Shown here in pieces: positions 37,372 to 46,696 of a DNA stretch of 51,256 bases (its first letter is position 1; every line of letters starts with the position of its first letter). A program made the position numbers and the translations under genes. Where the stretch lies: positions 1 to 51,256 of the forward strand of contig JBFLWF010000019.1 of NCBI GenBank assembly GCA_040758355.1, in the 5' to 3' direction. Below the pieces are notes generated by a model, which did no database searches, was not told where the DNA came from, and saw nothing but the letters and a program-made list of their open reading frames with translations. This DNA is from Nitrospirota bacterium. GTDB lineage: Bacteria; Nitrospirota; Thermodesulfovibrionia; Thermodesulfovibrionales; Dissulfurispiraceae.

Positions 37372-38067
37372 TTATTTCCCGTGACAGCCAAGGCAGAGTG
37401 CGCTTCCGGAGTTGGATACCCTCAAGAACAGGCCGTTTGTGCTTGTGTGCGGGTCATGGCAGCTTGAGCACTCAACCTTATTGCTTCTGAGCAGATTAGC
37501 TATTGTTGTAGCACCCTCCCATCCTGTAAGTGCTGTTGATGTCGCCTTAAGGCTTGCCTTGCCGGCAGTGTAAGCGATAGACACTGGATGGTCGTCAGCT
37601 AAAGTTGTTCCAAGGTTTGCTGCTCCAGCAGGCATCGTCTTTGCCGTTCCAGCTAATGTTGCACCAAATGCCACATTGTAACCGCCAGCAGTCACTCCTC
37701 CAGCGCCGGCCTGGTTAACGATTGAGTTGAGTGCGCTTACGCCGTCATGGCAGGAAAGACATGCCTTTGTAATGCCGTTTGGTGTTGCATCTGGAGTTGA
37801 ACCTGCTATAGTTGTTCCATACATGGTATAAGTGGCTGATGGAGTTGCCTTGTTCCAGAGCGGTGCTCCTGTAAAGCCTGTGTTTGCAAAGTGCGGGGTA
37901 TGGCAGTATACGCAGATTTCATCATTCTGCTGTCCTGCATTTGCCTTTACTGTGCCAGGACCTGATGTTGACAGGTTATGCTTTGTGGCTGAAATGCCTG
38001 CCAGTGCAACACCTGCGCCCAAAAGTGCGATTGCTGCTACCATTACTACTAAGATTTTTCCTTTCAT
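37372..38067 (-). CDS. OmcE-like tetraheme cytochrome (candidate nanowire subunit, 231 aa from the GGAGG-preceded MKGKILV)
   Basis: TKHNLS, ICVYCHTPH, PLWN, CLSCHDG, NLGT.L.DDHPV, ECSSCH..H, FLR....GS.LCLGCH are co-linear with Geobacter OmcE as recalled. Confidence 0.85.
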   Translation of the reverse strand: MKGKILVVMVAAIALLGAGVALAGISATKHNLSTSGPGTVKANAGQQNDEICVYCHTPHFANTGFTGAPLWNKATPSATYTMYGTTIAGSTPDATPNGITKACLSCHDGVSALNSIVNQAGAGGVTAGGYNVAFGATLAGTAKTMPAGAANLGTTLADDHPVSIAYTAGKASLKATSTALTGWEGATTIANLLRSNKVECSSCHDPHTSTNGLFLRVSNSGSALCLGCHGK

Positions 38068-38165
38068 CTTACTCACCTCCCGTTTTTTGGTTTTAAAGGT
38101 TATTGCCTTGCCTTTCATTATCTTCACCCCCAATAACTGATTTCTAACTTCTTGCCAATTATAAA

Positions 38166-38181
38166 AGCAAACCTTATGCCA
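38166..38181 (-). promoter_or_regulatory. sigma54 -24/-12 promoter
   Basis: TGGCATAAGGTTTGCT. Confidence 0.85.
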
Positions 38182-38259
38182 GATTGAATCTCTTTGAAAA
38201 ATAAAGATTTTAGACTTCAGTCTAAATATGGGAGGTTTTTGTTGCGCAATATCACGCAG

Positions 38260-39456
38260 TTAGTGAGGGAAATGGCGAAGGTATTGGAATATGGCTATCC
38301 GTCTGTTTAATTGGTCTGCTATATAGATTGTGTCTTTTTCGTCTATAAAGATCCCTGATGGAAGCCATAATTTTCCGGGTCCTATGCCCATAGAGCTGAA
38401 AAAGAGCAGCAGGGTGCCTTCCCTGTCGAATATCTGGACATTATTAAAGGCAGCATCCACAATATATGTATTTCCGTCAGAGTCCACTGCTACACCTTTC
38501 GGCCTTGCAAGTCTTCCGGGGGTATCGCCTATTGCTCCTATCTGCTTGATGAATTTGCCATCGGCATCGAATATCTGCACCCTGAAGTTCAGGGTATCGC
38601 TGACATAAACCAATCCATGCCTGTCAACATAAATACTGTTGGGATAATTAAATTCACCCTCGTTACTCCCCCTTTTGCCGAATTCAAAAAGCATATCGCC
38701 ATTTTTATTCATTGCAGTGACATTGTGCTTGTGTGTATCAACTACATATATCCTTCCGAGGGATTCATTGATAGCTATCCCGGTTGGCTGCTTAAATTGC
38801 CCTTTCTTATTAAGGGTATATCTGTAATCGCCGTTATGGTTATAGACTATTACCCTGTCCTGCGATGAGTCGGTCACGTATATATTGCCCTCTCCATCAA
38901 CAGCCACACCGATTGGCTTATTAAGACCGCCGATACCCGCCTTTTTACCTATATAGTGCGCCTTTTTGTTAACCGTATCGTATATTGCTATCTTCGAGCC
39001 CCCCGTGTCTGCCACATAAACCCTGCCCTTTGAAGCAAAGACACTATAAGGCCGTGCAAGGAGTACGTCTGTTCCCTCGCCAACCACAGACCTCATCAGC
39101 CATTCCTTGCCTGTTTCTCCAACGACATCCTTCTCTCCTCTTATCCATCCTACCCACTTAATCCTCGGCTCATCAGGCGGCTGCGGCCAGAATAATTCGA
39201 CATGCTCTGTTTTAGGAGCACAGTAAAAACAGGTAAAGGAAAAGGTTAAGGTAAAGAAAAACAAAAGATGTTTTAAATTCGAAAATATCCCTATTCTGTC
39301 ATTCCCGCAGTCTTTAAGTGGGAATCCATACAAGGCTTTCTGGATTCCTGCTTTCGCAGGAATGACATCTTCATTCCCTTTTGTGTCGACCTGTCGGTAT
39401 ATAGGTTTCTCCTTTACCTGTTCTTTTTTTTGTGGTAAGATTTTTGCAAATAACAT
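38260..39456 (-). CDS. NHL-repeat beta-propeller lipoprotein (N-terminus contains repeat insertions; start uncertain)
   Basis: FTCFYC lipobox-like segment, WPQPPDEPRI, NHL repeats. Confidence 0.85.
   Translation of the reverse strand: MLFAKILPQKKEQVKEKPIYRQVDTKGNEDVIPAKAGIQKALYGFPLKDCGNDRIGIFSNLKHLLFFFTLTFSFTCFYCAPKTEHVELFWPQPPDEPRIKWVGWIRGEKDVVGETGKEWLMRSVVGEGTDVLLARPYSVFASKGRVYVADTGGSKIAIYDTVNKKAHYIGKKAGIGGLNKPIGVAVDGEGNIYVTDSSQDRVIVYNHNGDYRYTLNKKGQFKQPTGIAINESLGRIYVVDTHKHNVTAMNKNGDMLFEFGKRGSNEGEFNYPNSIYVDRHGLVYVSDTLNFRVQIFDADGKFIKQIGAIGDTPGRLARPKGVAVDSDGNTYIVDAAFNNVQIFDREGTLLLFFSSMGIGPGKLWLPSGIFIDEKDTIYIADQLNRRIAIFQYLRHFPH
39297..39367. repeat. REP/RPE-like nested palindrome TGTCATTCCCGC...GGGAATCCA-N-TGGATTCCTGCTTTCGCAGGAATGACA
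   Basis: Double hairpin; reads VIPAKAGIQ in the NHL gene frame. Confidence 0.85.
39433..39448 (+). promoter_or_regulatory. sigma54 -24/-12 promoter for the + strand tetraheme gene
   Basis: TGGTAAGATTTTTGCA, 23 nt before the ATG. Confidence 0.6.
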
Positions 39457-39471
39457 TTTTGCCTATATCTT

Positions 39472-39819
39472 ATGAAACATACTATTTTTATTTTGGTTGT
39501 ATCAATTTTTATACCACTTATGGTATCTCATCAGACCCCTGCGCTCCAGACAAAAGAGTGCACAGCATGCCACATATCCCCTAACGGAGGCCCTGTAAAA
39601 AAACCTCTTACCGAACTGTGCGTCACCTGTCATCGGGAGAGGATAGAAGCAGGAGAACATGTCGTTGATATAATCCCTAAATATCCCGTACCCAAAAATC
39701 TTCCGCTGACAAAGGAAGGGAAGCTCACATGCATTACATGCCATGACCAGCACTCAAAAGACCCCATGATGTTAAGGTTAGATACAATAATCCTGTGCAA
39801 TCAGTGCCATAAGAAATAG
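39472..39819 (+). CDS. Small tetraheme cytochrome c
   Basis: Signal peptide; CTACH, CVTCH, CITCHDQH, CNQCH. Confidence 0.88.
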   Translation: MKHTIFILVVSIFIPLMVSHQTPALQTKECTACHISPNGGPVKKPLTELCVTCHRERIEAGEHVVDIIPKYPVPKNLPLTKEGKLTCITCHDQHSKDPMMLRLDTIILCNQCHKK

Positions 39820-39951
39820 GTAATAGGCAACAGGTCATAGGTGATAGGTTATGGAAAATAAAAAAATTAAAAATATCCTTAACCAATAACCTATAACCAA
39901 TGACCTATGACCTTTGCTTTTTTGACCCATAACCTATGACCCATCACCTGT
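39816..39951. repeat. Inverted heptamer arrays (ATAGGTN)n ... (ACCTATG/A)n between convergent genes
   Basis: Same unit family as the arrays flanking the four-helix-bundle gene, with no gene inside. Confidence 0.75.
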
Positions 39952-39953
39952 AT

Positions 39954-41339
39954 TTAGAGCAGTCCGAATTTCTGCATCTTATACCTGAGGGCATCCCTCG
40001 ATATGCCAAGCAGTCTTGCAGCCCTTGTCTGGTTGCCGTTAACCATCTGAAGGGCCTTTACGATCAAATCCTTTTCCACATTCTTGAGGGAAAGCCCCTC
40101 GGGAGGGATATTGAACGGCGCCTTTTCCTCTTCTGCAGAAGAAACCTCCGCAGTACCCACATAATCGACAATTTCCGAGGGTATATGCTCCGGGTATATT
40201 ACATCCGTATCTTCAAGGATGCATATCCTCTCTATCACATTCTTAAGCTCTCTCGTGTTGCCGTACCACGGATAATCCACAAGCAGTTTTTCGGCCTCCG
40301 GGGATATGCCTTTTACATTCTTTTTGAACTCCCTGTTGAAAAGCCTGATATAATGCATGGCGAGGGGTATTACGTCCTCTTTCCTCTCCCTCAGCGGCGG
40401 TATGAATATGGGAATGACCTTAAGCCTGTAATAAAGATCAGCCCTGAAACTGCCGTCTTTAACCGCGCTCTCCAGATTCTTATTTGTGGCAGCGATAATC
40501 CTCAAATTCACGGTTATATCCTTAAGCCCGCCTACCCTCTTGAATGTCTTATCCTCGATAACCCTTAATAATTTTGCTTGTGTGGCAGGCTTGATATCTC
40601 CTATTTCATCGAGATAGAGCGTGCCGCCGCTGGCAAGCTCGAAGAGCCCCTTTTTAGATGCCTTTGCATCCGTGAATGCACCCTTTTCAAAACCGAACAA
40701 CTCGCTCTCGATCAGCGTCTCAGGGATGGCTGTTGACGTAACCTCGACAAATGGCTCGGATGCCCTTGCGCTGTGGTAATGAATGGCCCGTGCTATGAGG
40801 TTCTTGCCTGTACCGCTCTCGCCCTGAATGAGTATGATGTTGGCATCGCTCTCTGCAACCTTCTTTGCGAGGGCTATGACCTCTTTCATGGGCCTCGACT
40901 GCCCTATTATGTTATTAAAACTATACTTATCATACTGCTCTTCCCTGAGATAGGTAACTTCCCTTTTCAGGGTTATCGTTTCCAGCGCCTTTTTGATAAG
41001 GACGGATATTCTATTCAGATCGAACGGTTTTTCAACAAAATCGTATGCGCCTAACTTTATGGCAGAGACTGCCGTCTCTATATCTCCATGGGCAGTTATG
41101 ATAACCACGATGACTTCCTTGTTGATCTTCCTTATTGCCTCGAGGGTCTCAAGACCGCTTATTCCGGGAAGATGAATATCGAGGAGGATAATGTCAGGCA
41201 GCTCTGTCCTGAATACCTCAAGCCCTTCTTCACCCGATTCGGCAGTGAAAACTTCATAGCCCTCTTTCTCAAGATGCTGTTTAAGGGACCATGTTATAAA
41301 CCTTTCATCATCAACAACAAGAATCTTGGCCTGAACCAA
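39954..41339 (-). CDS. sigma54-dependent NtrC/AtoC-family response regulator
   Basis: Receiver domain, GESGTGK, ESELFG..KGAFTDA, RIIAATN, Fis-type HTH. Confidence 0.95.
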   Translation of the reverse strand: MVQAKILVVDDERFITWSLKQHLEKEGYEVFTAESGEEGLEVFRTELPDIILLDIHLPGISGLETLEAIRKINKEVIVVIITAHGDIETAVSAIKLGAYDFVEKPFDLNRISVLIKKALETITLKREVTYLREEQYDKYSFNNIIGQSRPMKEVIALAKKVAESDANIILIQGESGTGKNLIARAIHYHSARASEPFVEVTSTAIPETLIESELFGFEKGAFTDAKASKKGLFELASGGTLYLDEIGDIKPATQAKLLRVIEDKTFKRVGGLKDITVNLRIIAATNKNLESAVKDGSFRADLYYRLKVIPIFIPPLRERKEDVIPLAMHYIRLFNREFKKNVKGISPEAEKLLVDYPWYGNTRELKNVIERICILEDTDVIYPEHIPSEIVDYVGTAEVSSAEEEKAPFNIPPEGLSLKNVEKDLIVKALQMVNGNQTRAARLLGISRDALRYKMQKFGLL

Positions 41340-41358
41340 TCAATCCTCCTTCTGTCTT

Positions 41359-42873
41359 TCATTGCCTGCCTTTTATCGGTAAGTATACCGTAAACAAGCT
41401 TCCCTTACCAACTTCGCTCTCCACAATAATCTCGCCGCCGTGCTCCTGAATGATCTTACGGCTTATGGACAATCCGAGACCTGTGCCTTTGGTCTTCTTT
41501 GTAAAAAACGGCTCGAATATGTACGTCAAGTCCTCGGGTGATATGCCTTTGCCTGTATCGTGGAACTTAACGGCTATAAACTTCTCATCCTGTAGCGGCT
41601 TTTTTATCTCTCCCTGCACTTCCTGTCTGTCTTTCTTCGATGCAGATATAGTCAATATGCCGCCATTAGGCATTGCGTGAATGGCGTTTATGGTTATATT
41701 CAGGAACACCTGCTGCACCTGGTCGGGATCCATGAGTATTTCGGGGATTTCGCTGCCGACTTGATTGTCGATAACTATGCTCTGCTTTTTTGCCTCCGGA
41801 TATACAAAGAAAAGGGTCTTCTCTAAAATCTCGCTTATCCGTGAAGGCACAAACATGGGTGGCTTGGGTTTCGCATAGCTCAAAAGGTCCTTTACTATTC
41901 TATCGAGCCTGTTTACCTGATTTAAAACCTCGGTAATAACCGGCTTTCTGCTGTCATCGTCGCTTAGTTCGGAATTAAACACCTGGACAGCACAGCTTAT
42001 ACCCGCCAGCGGGTTCTTTATCTCATGGGCTATCCCGGATATAATCTCTCCGAGGGATGCAAGCTTCGCAGCCCTTTCCATCTGCTGCATGTGGCATCTT
42101 TCTATCTCCTTTTTTGCAGACTCAAGGGTATCTATCATATGATTAAATGCGCCCGATAGATAGCCGAATTCATCCTTCCTATCCTCTTCTGACCTGACCG
42201 ATAAATCTCCGGATTCCACCTTTTTCATCACATTCGTTAATTCCCTCAGAGGGGTATTGATAAGTCTTTCTCCGCCAACAAGGAATATCAAGCTTATTAC
42301 AACAAATCCGACGACAAGTCCTGTGACATGTTTGTATGTTGACGCCCTTATGGATTCCTGGGCAACTGCAAGGGATATCTCGACATCGAGGACTCCCAGT
42401 GTTTTATGGCTTGGAGGATGGCACTTGTAACAAGGAGGCATGTTTTTTATCGGTAAGACCCGCGTAGCAAACATATTGCCGTGCTTTTTTATCACAAACG
42501 GCGATTCTTCCTGTTTTATAAATCTGTTCCAGTCCTTTTCATATATCCTTTTCCCGATATCCTCGGTTTCGTTGGATATGATAATACGGCCTGAAACCGG
42601 ATGGAATATCCGCACCTCCTTCAGTTCAGGATTATTTTTTGATAAGTCTTCTATCAGTATCTGGAGTTCCTTCCATCTGTTTTCGAGCATGAGCAGCATT
42701 ATGCTCTGTTTGATAGTATCGGACAGCAGTATGGCCTTTTCCTTCTGGGCTGCAATAAGTCTCTCGTTTGTATCCAGCACATCCGACAGGACTACCATGG
42801 ATGTAATGACGAATACAACAAGGAGCGATAGGATCAGCAGTCTAAACCTTACACTTTTGAATATCTTCGTCAT
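41359..42873 (-). CDS. Sensor histidine kinase with a periplasmic c-type heme motif and HAMP domain
   Basis: TM, CYKCH, TM, HAMP, AHEIKNP, DTGKG, GTGLGL. Confidence 0.92.
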   Translation of the reverse strand: MTKIFKSVRFRLLILSLLVVFVITSMVVLSDVLDTNERLIAAQKEKAILLSDTIKQSIMLLMLENRWKELQILIEDLSKNNPELKEVRIFHPVSGRIIISNETEDIGKRIYEKDWNRFIKQEESPFVIKKHGNMFATRVLPIKNMPPCYKCHPPSHKTLGVLDVEISLAVAQESIRASTYKHVTGLVVGFVVISLIFLVGGERLINTPLRELTNVMKKVESGDLSVRSEEDRKDEFGYLSGAFNHMIDTLESAKKEIERCHMQQMERAAKLASLGEIISGIAHEIKNPLAGISCAVQVFNSELSDDDSRKPVITEVLNQVNRLDRIVKDLLSYAKPKPPMFVPSRISEILEKTLFFVYPEAKKQSIVIDNQVGSEIPEILMDPDQVQQVFLNITINAIHAMPNGGILTISASKKDRQEVQGEIKKPLQDEKFIAVKFHDTGKGISPEDLTYIFEPFFTKKTKGTGLGLSISRKIIQEHGGEIIVESEVGKGSLFTVYLPIKGRQ

Positions 42874-43875
42874 CTATTTCTTATGGCACATCTGGCACAA
42901 GCTGCCGGGGCTGATCAAATCATTGGCAAATAAAGCCCTTGAATTAGCAGCATGGGGGTTATGACAGCTTGCGCAAGAAAGCTCCTTTCCAGGGCGCAGG
43001 GGGTCGGGTCTGCCCTTTGTAGGATGTGAAGACCCAAAAACAAATCCGGCAACTACATGCCTGCCGGAGGCCCTGTCTTCATGGCATGTGATGCACAAAT
43101 CCCACGATGGTTTTTTGAGCCACGAGATATTGTCCGAGGCATGTGGGTTGTGGCATACGCTGCATTTCCCTGTTGCTGTCGGTCCGTGCCAGTACTTTTT
43201 GGGCGTCCACTCCTCTTTCTTATCCTTATGACATACAAAACACGAGTCCCTTTCAGGCTTTTGTGCGATGTATTTAACCGGCTTTGCATTTCTGTCATGG
43301 CATGACAGACAATCCCATCGCGCAGCAGGGCCGTGAACATATCCGTATCCTGTTATCTTTTTATGGCAGGGGTAACACATGGAATCAACTGGCCTCTGTG
43401 GTTTTATATCCTTTTCCGATGTCTTCATGTCATGGCATGAAAGACATGTCTTTTCATTGTCTTCCCTGTGAAACGGCTTTTTCTGGAATTCTGGAGGACT
43501 AATCCTGAATTCCCTCGATATGTCCGACCTGTAAAAAACAGCAACCTTTTTTGATTCAACCTTTCTGCCTTCAAGGCCACCCTCAAAGGCGTTTACAACT
43601 ATTTCATTTGGACCGAAGCTCAGTTTAACGGTTTTGCATAAATACTCTTTCCCCTTGACATCAGTCCCCTTGAAGATCTCGTCATTATTTCTGACGATGG
43701 CGATCGCATCCACATTATTGCTCAATCTTATAACAATGGGGATGAGCTCCCCTTCGACCATACTGTAATCAACAGGCCTGATTATGGAAAACCTCTCGGG
43801 ATTGCCGAGCGCAAAGGTTGCAGCAATAAGAGCAAGAAAAAGACAAGATACTATAGTTACAGCAAGTTTCTTCAC
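42874..43875 (-). CDS. Octaheme cytochrome c with an N-terminal Ig-like domain
   Basis: Eight CxxCH with HGP...CxxCHxPH pairs. Confidence 0.9.
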   Translation of the reverse strand: MKKLAVTIVSCLFLALIAATFALGNPERFSIIRPVDYSMVEGELIPIVIRLSNNVDAIAIVRNNDEIFKGTDVKGKEYLCKTVKLSFGPNEIVVNAFEGGLEGRKVESKKVAVFYRSDISREFRISPPEFQKKPFHREDNEKTCLSCHDMKTSEKDIKPQRPVDSMCYPCHKKITGYGYVHGPAARWDCLSCHDRNAKPVKYIAQKPERDSCFVCHKDKKEEWTPKKYWHGPTATGKCSVCHNPHASDNISWLKKPSWDLCITCHEDRASGRHVVAGFVFGSSHPTKGRPDPLRPGKELSCASCHNPHAANSRALFANDLISPGSLCQMCHKK

Positions 43876-43939
43876 ACTCTCCCCCTTATCTTAGCATTAC
43901 AGTTCAGCGATCGGTTTTTATTTTATTTGACGAACAATT

Positions 43940-45052
43940 CTATTCTCTTATCTTTAAAATAAGTTCGATAGCCTTTCTGTAATCGGATGCCGTCTCTTTC
44001 AGCATCCCGCTGTTCTCAAGGACTTCGGCTCTCAATAAATAAATCATCGGCTCGTAAGGATTAAGAGCAATCGCCTTATCAAAGGCATTCATCGCTTCCT
44101 TCATCCGCCCATTTTTTGCGAGTGCATAGGCATAATAATAATAGATGGGCGTATGTGAATTCAACTTAACAACCCTTTCAAGGATATGCATCGCCTCTTT
44201 GATCTTACCTGCTTTTGATAGGATATACCCAAGCTCGCCTATCACGACCACATTGTCAGGCTCTACAGACAGCGCCTTCCTTAAAGTCTCCTCTGCCTCT
44301 GTAAGTTTCCCCTCAACATTATAAAGCTTAGCCATCTCCATATACGGAAGCATATACTTCGGGTCCTTTTCTATCGCCTTTCTGAAAAGAGGGTACGCCA
44401 TCCCGTACATCTTTTTATTCACAAATCTCATGGCAAGATTCGCATTCGCAACTGCATCGTGATGAGGCGCATATCGGGGTTCGATCTTCTTTTTAGGCGT
44501 CTCGCCTGCCAGCACAAGGAGATAATCGAACATATCCTCCGTGCCCACAAGTGGAAGTCCGGGCATCTCATAGGTTATCTTGCCTTCAGATATAACTACA
44601 GTAGACGGCAGTGCAATAACCCCGTAGTCATGGAATGTCTTCAACCCCTTGTCTAAAATAACAGGGAAGGTGACATCCATCTCCTTAACAAATTTTTTTA
44701 TATTTTCCACATCTTCCTTAGAAATGGTCTGGTTGTCCGCATTTATTCCAATTACCTGTATCCCCCTGTCCCTGTACTTCCTGTGAAACTCTTCGAATCT
44801 TTTCACAGCCTTTGGAGAATTGGCGCTCCATGTGGACCAGAACAGAACTATAACCGCCTTTTTCTGCGAATATCGGGAAAGACTCACGTCCCTGCCATCT
44901 ATATCCTTGAGTGCGAACTCAGGGGCCTGTGCCCCTGTCTGGAGCAATGCCAGTGCAGAAACAGGTAGAGCAAAAAGGTAAAGGTAAAGAAATAAAAAAA
45001 AAGGCAACAGCAGGGGGAAAATCTTTGCCGTTGCCTTTTTCTTGGGTTCCAC
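43940..45052 (-). CDS. TlpA/redoxin-fold plus TPR protein lacking CxxC (WSANS)
   Basis: APEF.LKD..G, FWSTWSANS, YGV.ALP; C-terminal TPRs. Confidence 0.85.
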   Translation of the reverse strand: MEPKKKATAKIFPLLLPFFLFLYLYLFALPVSALALLQTGAQAPEFALKDIDGRDVSLSRYSQKKAVIVLFWSTWSANSPKAVKRFEEFHRKYRDRGIQVIGINADNQTISKEDVENIKKFVKEMDVTFPVILDKGLKTFHDYGVIALPSTVVISEGKITYEMPGLPLVGTEDMFDYLLVLAGETPKKKIEPRYAPHHDAVANANLAMRFVNKKMYGMAYPLFRKAIEKDPKYMLPYMEMAKLYNVEGKLTEAEETLRKALSVEPDNVVVIGELGYILSKAGKIKEAMHILERVVKLNSHTPIYYYYAYALAKNGRMKEAMNAFDKAIALNPYEPMIYLLRAEVLENSGMLKETASDYRKAIELILKIRE

Positions 45053-45056
45053 TTTT

Positions 45057-46163
45057 CTATTCTTTTATCTTCAAAATAAGTTCGAGGGCCTTTTTGTAAT
45101 CGGATACCGCCTCTTTCAGCATCTTGCTGTTCTCATAAACCTCTCCCCTCAGGGAGTACAGCTTTGGGTCATATGGGTTCATTGAGAGGGCACCCTCAAA
45201 AGCACCGAGAGAATCCTTAATCTGTCCATTCTTTGCAAGGGCATAGGCATGATAATAATAAGCCGGGGTATAAGAATTTTTCTTCACGGCCCTGTCAAGG
45301 ATTTCAACGGCCTCCTTTATCCTGCCGAGCTTCGTAAGAAAATAGCCGAATTCGCTCATGACCGCCACATTTTCGGGTTCTGCATTAAGTGCATTCTTAA
45401 AGGTCTCTTCAGCCTCCGGATTCTTCCCTTCCATCTCATAGAGCCTTGCAAGCTCTACATATGTAAGCATGTACTTCGGATCCTTCTCTATCGCCTTCTT
45501 AAACAGAGGATATGCCATATCGTATTTTTTCCTCTTTACAAATCCCCTTGCAAGGTTTGTGTCTGCTATTGCATCATGTCTTGGCTTATACTTTGGCTCC
45601 ATCTTCTTTTTAGGCTGCTCGCCTGCCAGCACAAGGAGATAATCGAACATGTCCTCTGTGCCTACAAGCGGCAATCCCGGCAGCTCATAGGCTATCTTGC
45701 CCTCGGATACAATTATTGTAGAGGGAAGTGCTATTACACTATATTCATGGAATGTCTTTAATTCCTTATCCATGAGCATGGGGAAGGTGATGTCGAATTC
45801 TTTTACAAGTTTTTTTATCTTCTCTATGTCTTCGTTCGAAATAGCCTGGCTGTCTGCATTAACTCCAAGCACCTGTATTCCTTTGTCCTTATATTTTTTA
45901 TAAAACCCTTCGAATCTCTTAAGGGCATTGGGGGATTTGGCGCTCCATGTGGACCAGAACAGAACCACGACCGCCTTTTTCTGTGAATATTGCGAAAGGC
46001 TTATGTCCTTGCCCTCTATATCCTTGAGCGTGAATTCAGGAGCTTGAGCCCCTATCTGGAGCAATGCCTGTGCAGTGGCTGTATAAACAAAAGAGCCAAC
46101 AATTACGGCAATAAATACTATTGCCTGTACAATCAATATCCTCTCCCTTTTAAAAGCCCTCAT
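45057..46163 (-). CDS. TlpA/redoxin-fold plus TPR protein lacking CxxC (WSAKS), tandem paralog
   Basis: FWSTWSAKS; highly similar to 43940..45052. Confidence 0.85.
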   Translation of the reverse strand: MRAFKRERILIVQAIVFIAVIVGSFVYTATAQALLQIGAQAPEFTLKDIEGKDISLSQYSQKKAVVVLFWSTWSAKSPNALKRFEGFYKKYKDKGIQVLGVNADSQAISNEDIEKIKKLVKEFDITFPMLMDKELKTFHEYSVIALPSTIIVSEGKIAYELPGLPLVGTEDMFDYLLVLAGEQPKKKMEPKYKPRHDAIADTNLARGFVKRKKYDMAYPLFKKAIEKDPKYMLTYVELARLYEMEGKNPEAEETFKNALNAEPENVAVMSEFGYFLTKLGRIKEAVEILDRAVKKNSYTPAYYYHAYALAKNGQIKDSLGAFEGALSMNPYDPKLYSLRGEVYENSKMLKEAVSDYKKALELILKIKE

Positions 46164-46696
46164 TCCTTCCCTATCCTCACCTTATGGGTCTTTATGCCTT
46201 CCTTGTAATGCATTATGGCCTTTTCATAGTCACCGAGTTTTTCATAAACAAGACCGAGCGCATAATGAGTCATTGAGGGATAGGGATTCAATACCAGGGC
46301 CTCCTTGAGAATGGATTCAGCGCCTTTCGGGTCTCCCTTTTTCAGGAGGGCAAGGCCAATCCCTGTTTTGGATGTCCGCATCCTCGGATTTATTTTCAGT
46401 GCCGAGTTAAAGGCATTGATCGCCTCGTCAAGCTGTCCCTTTTTTAAAAGCATATACCCTAAATGGTCATAGGCCTCGGGATAATTGGGGTCTGCATTGA
46501 CAGCTTCTTTGATGGTCTCTATCGCCCTGTCTATACTGCCATCTTTAAAAAGCTTGATAGACTCCTTATAGAGGGAGACTGCCTTTTCCTGCTGGGCATA
46601 AACGACAGGCACAAAAGAAAAGGTTAAGGCTAAGGTCAAGGTTAAAAGAAGCCTTAACCTTAACCCGCCTTTATATTTATTTGTCTTCTCCATCAT
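46160..46696 (-). CDS. Exported TPR protein
   Basis: Signal peptide and about four TPRs. Confidence 0.85.
   Translation of the reverse strand: MMEKTNKYKGGLRLRLLLTLTLALTFSFVPVVYAQQEKAVSLYKESIKLFKDGSIDRAIETIKEAVNADPNYPEAYDHLGYMLLKKGQLDEAINAFNSALKINPRMRTSKTGIGLALLKKGDPKGAESILKEALVLNPYPSMTHYALGLVYEKLGDYEKAIMHYKEGIKTHKVRIGKE

Noticed and set aside
44810..45960. Selenocysteine in the redoxin active sites
   Set aside because: The codons at the Cys positions are Ser (AGC, TCT/TCC), not TGA.
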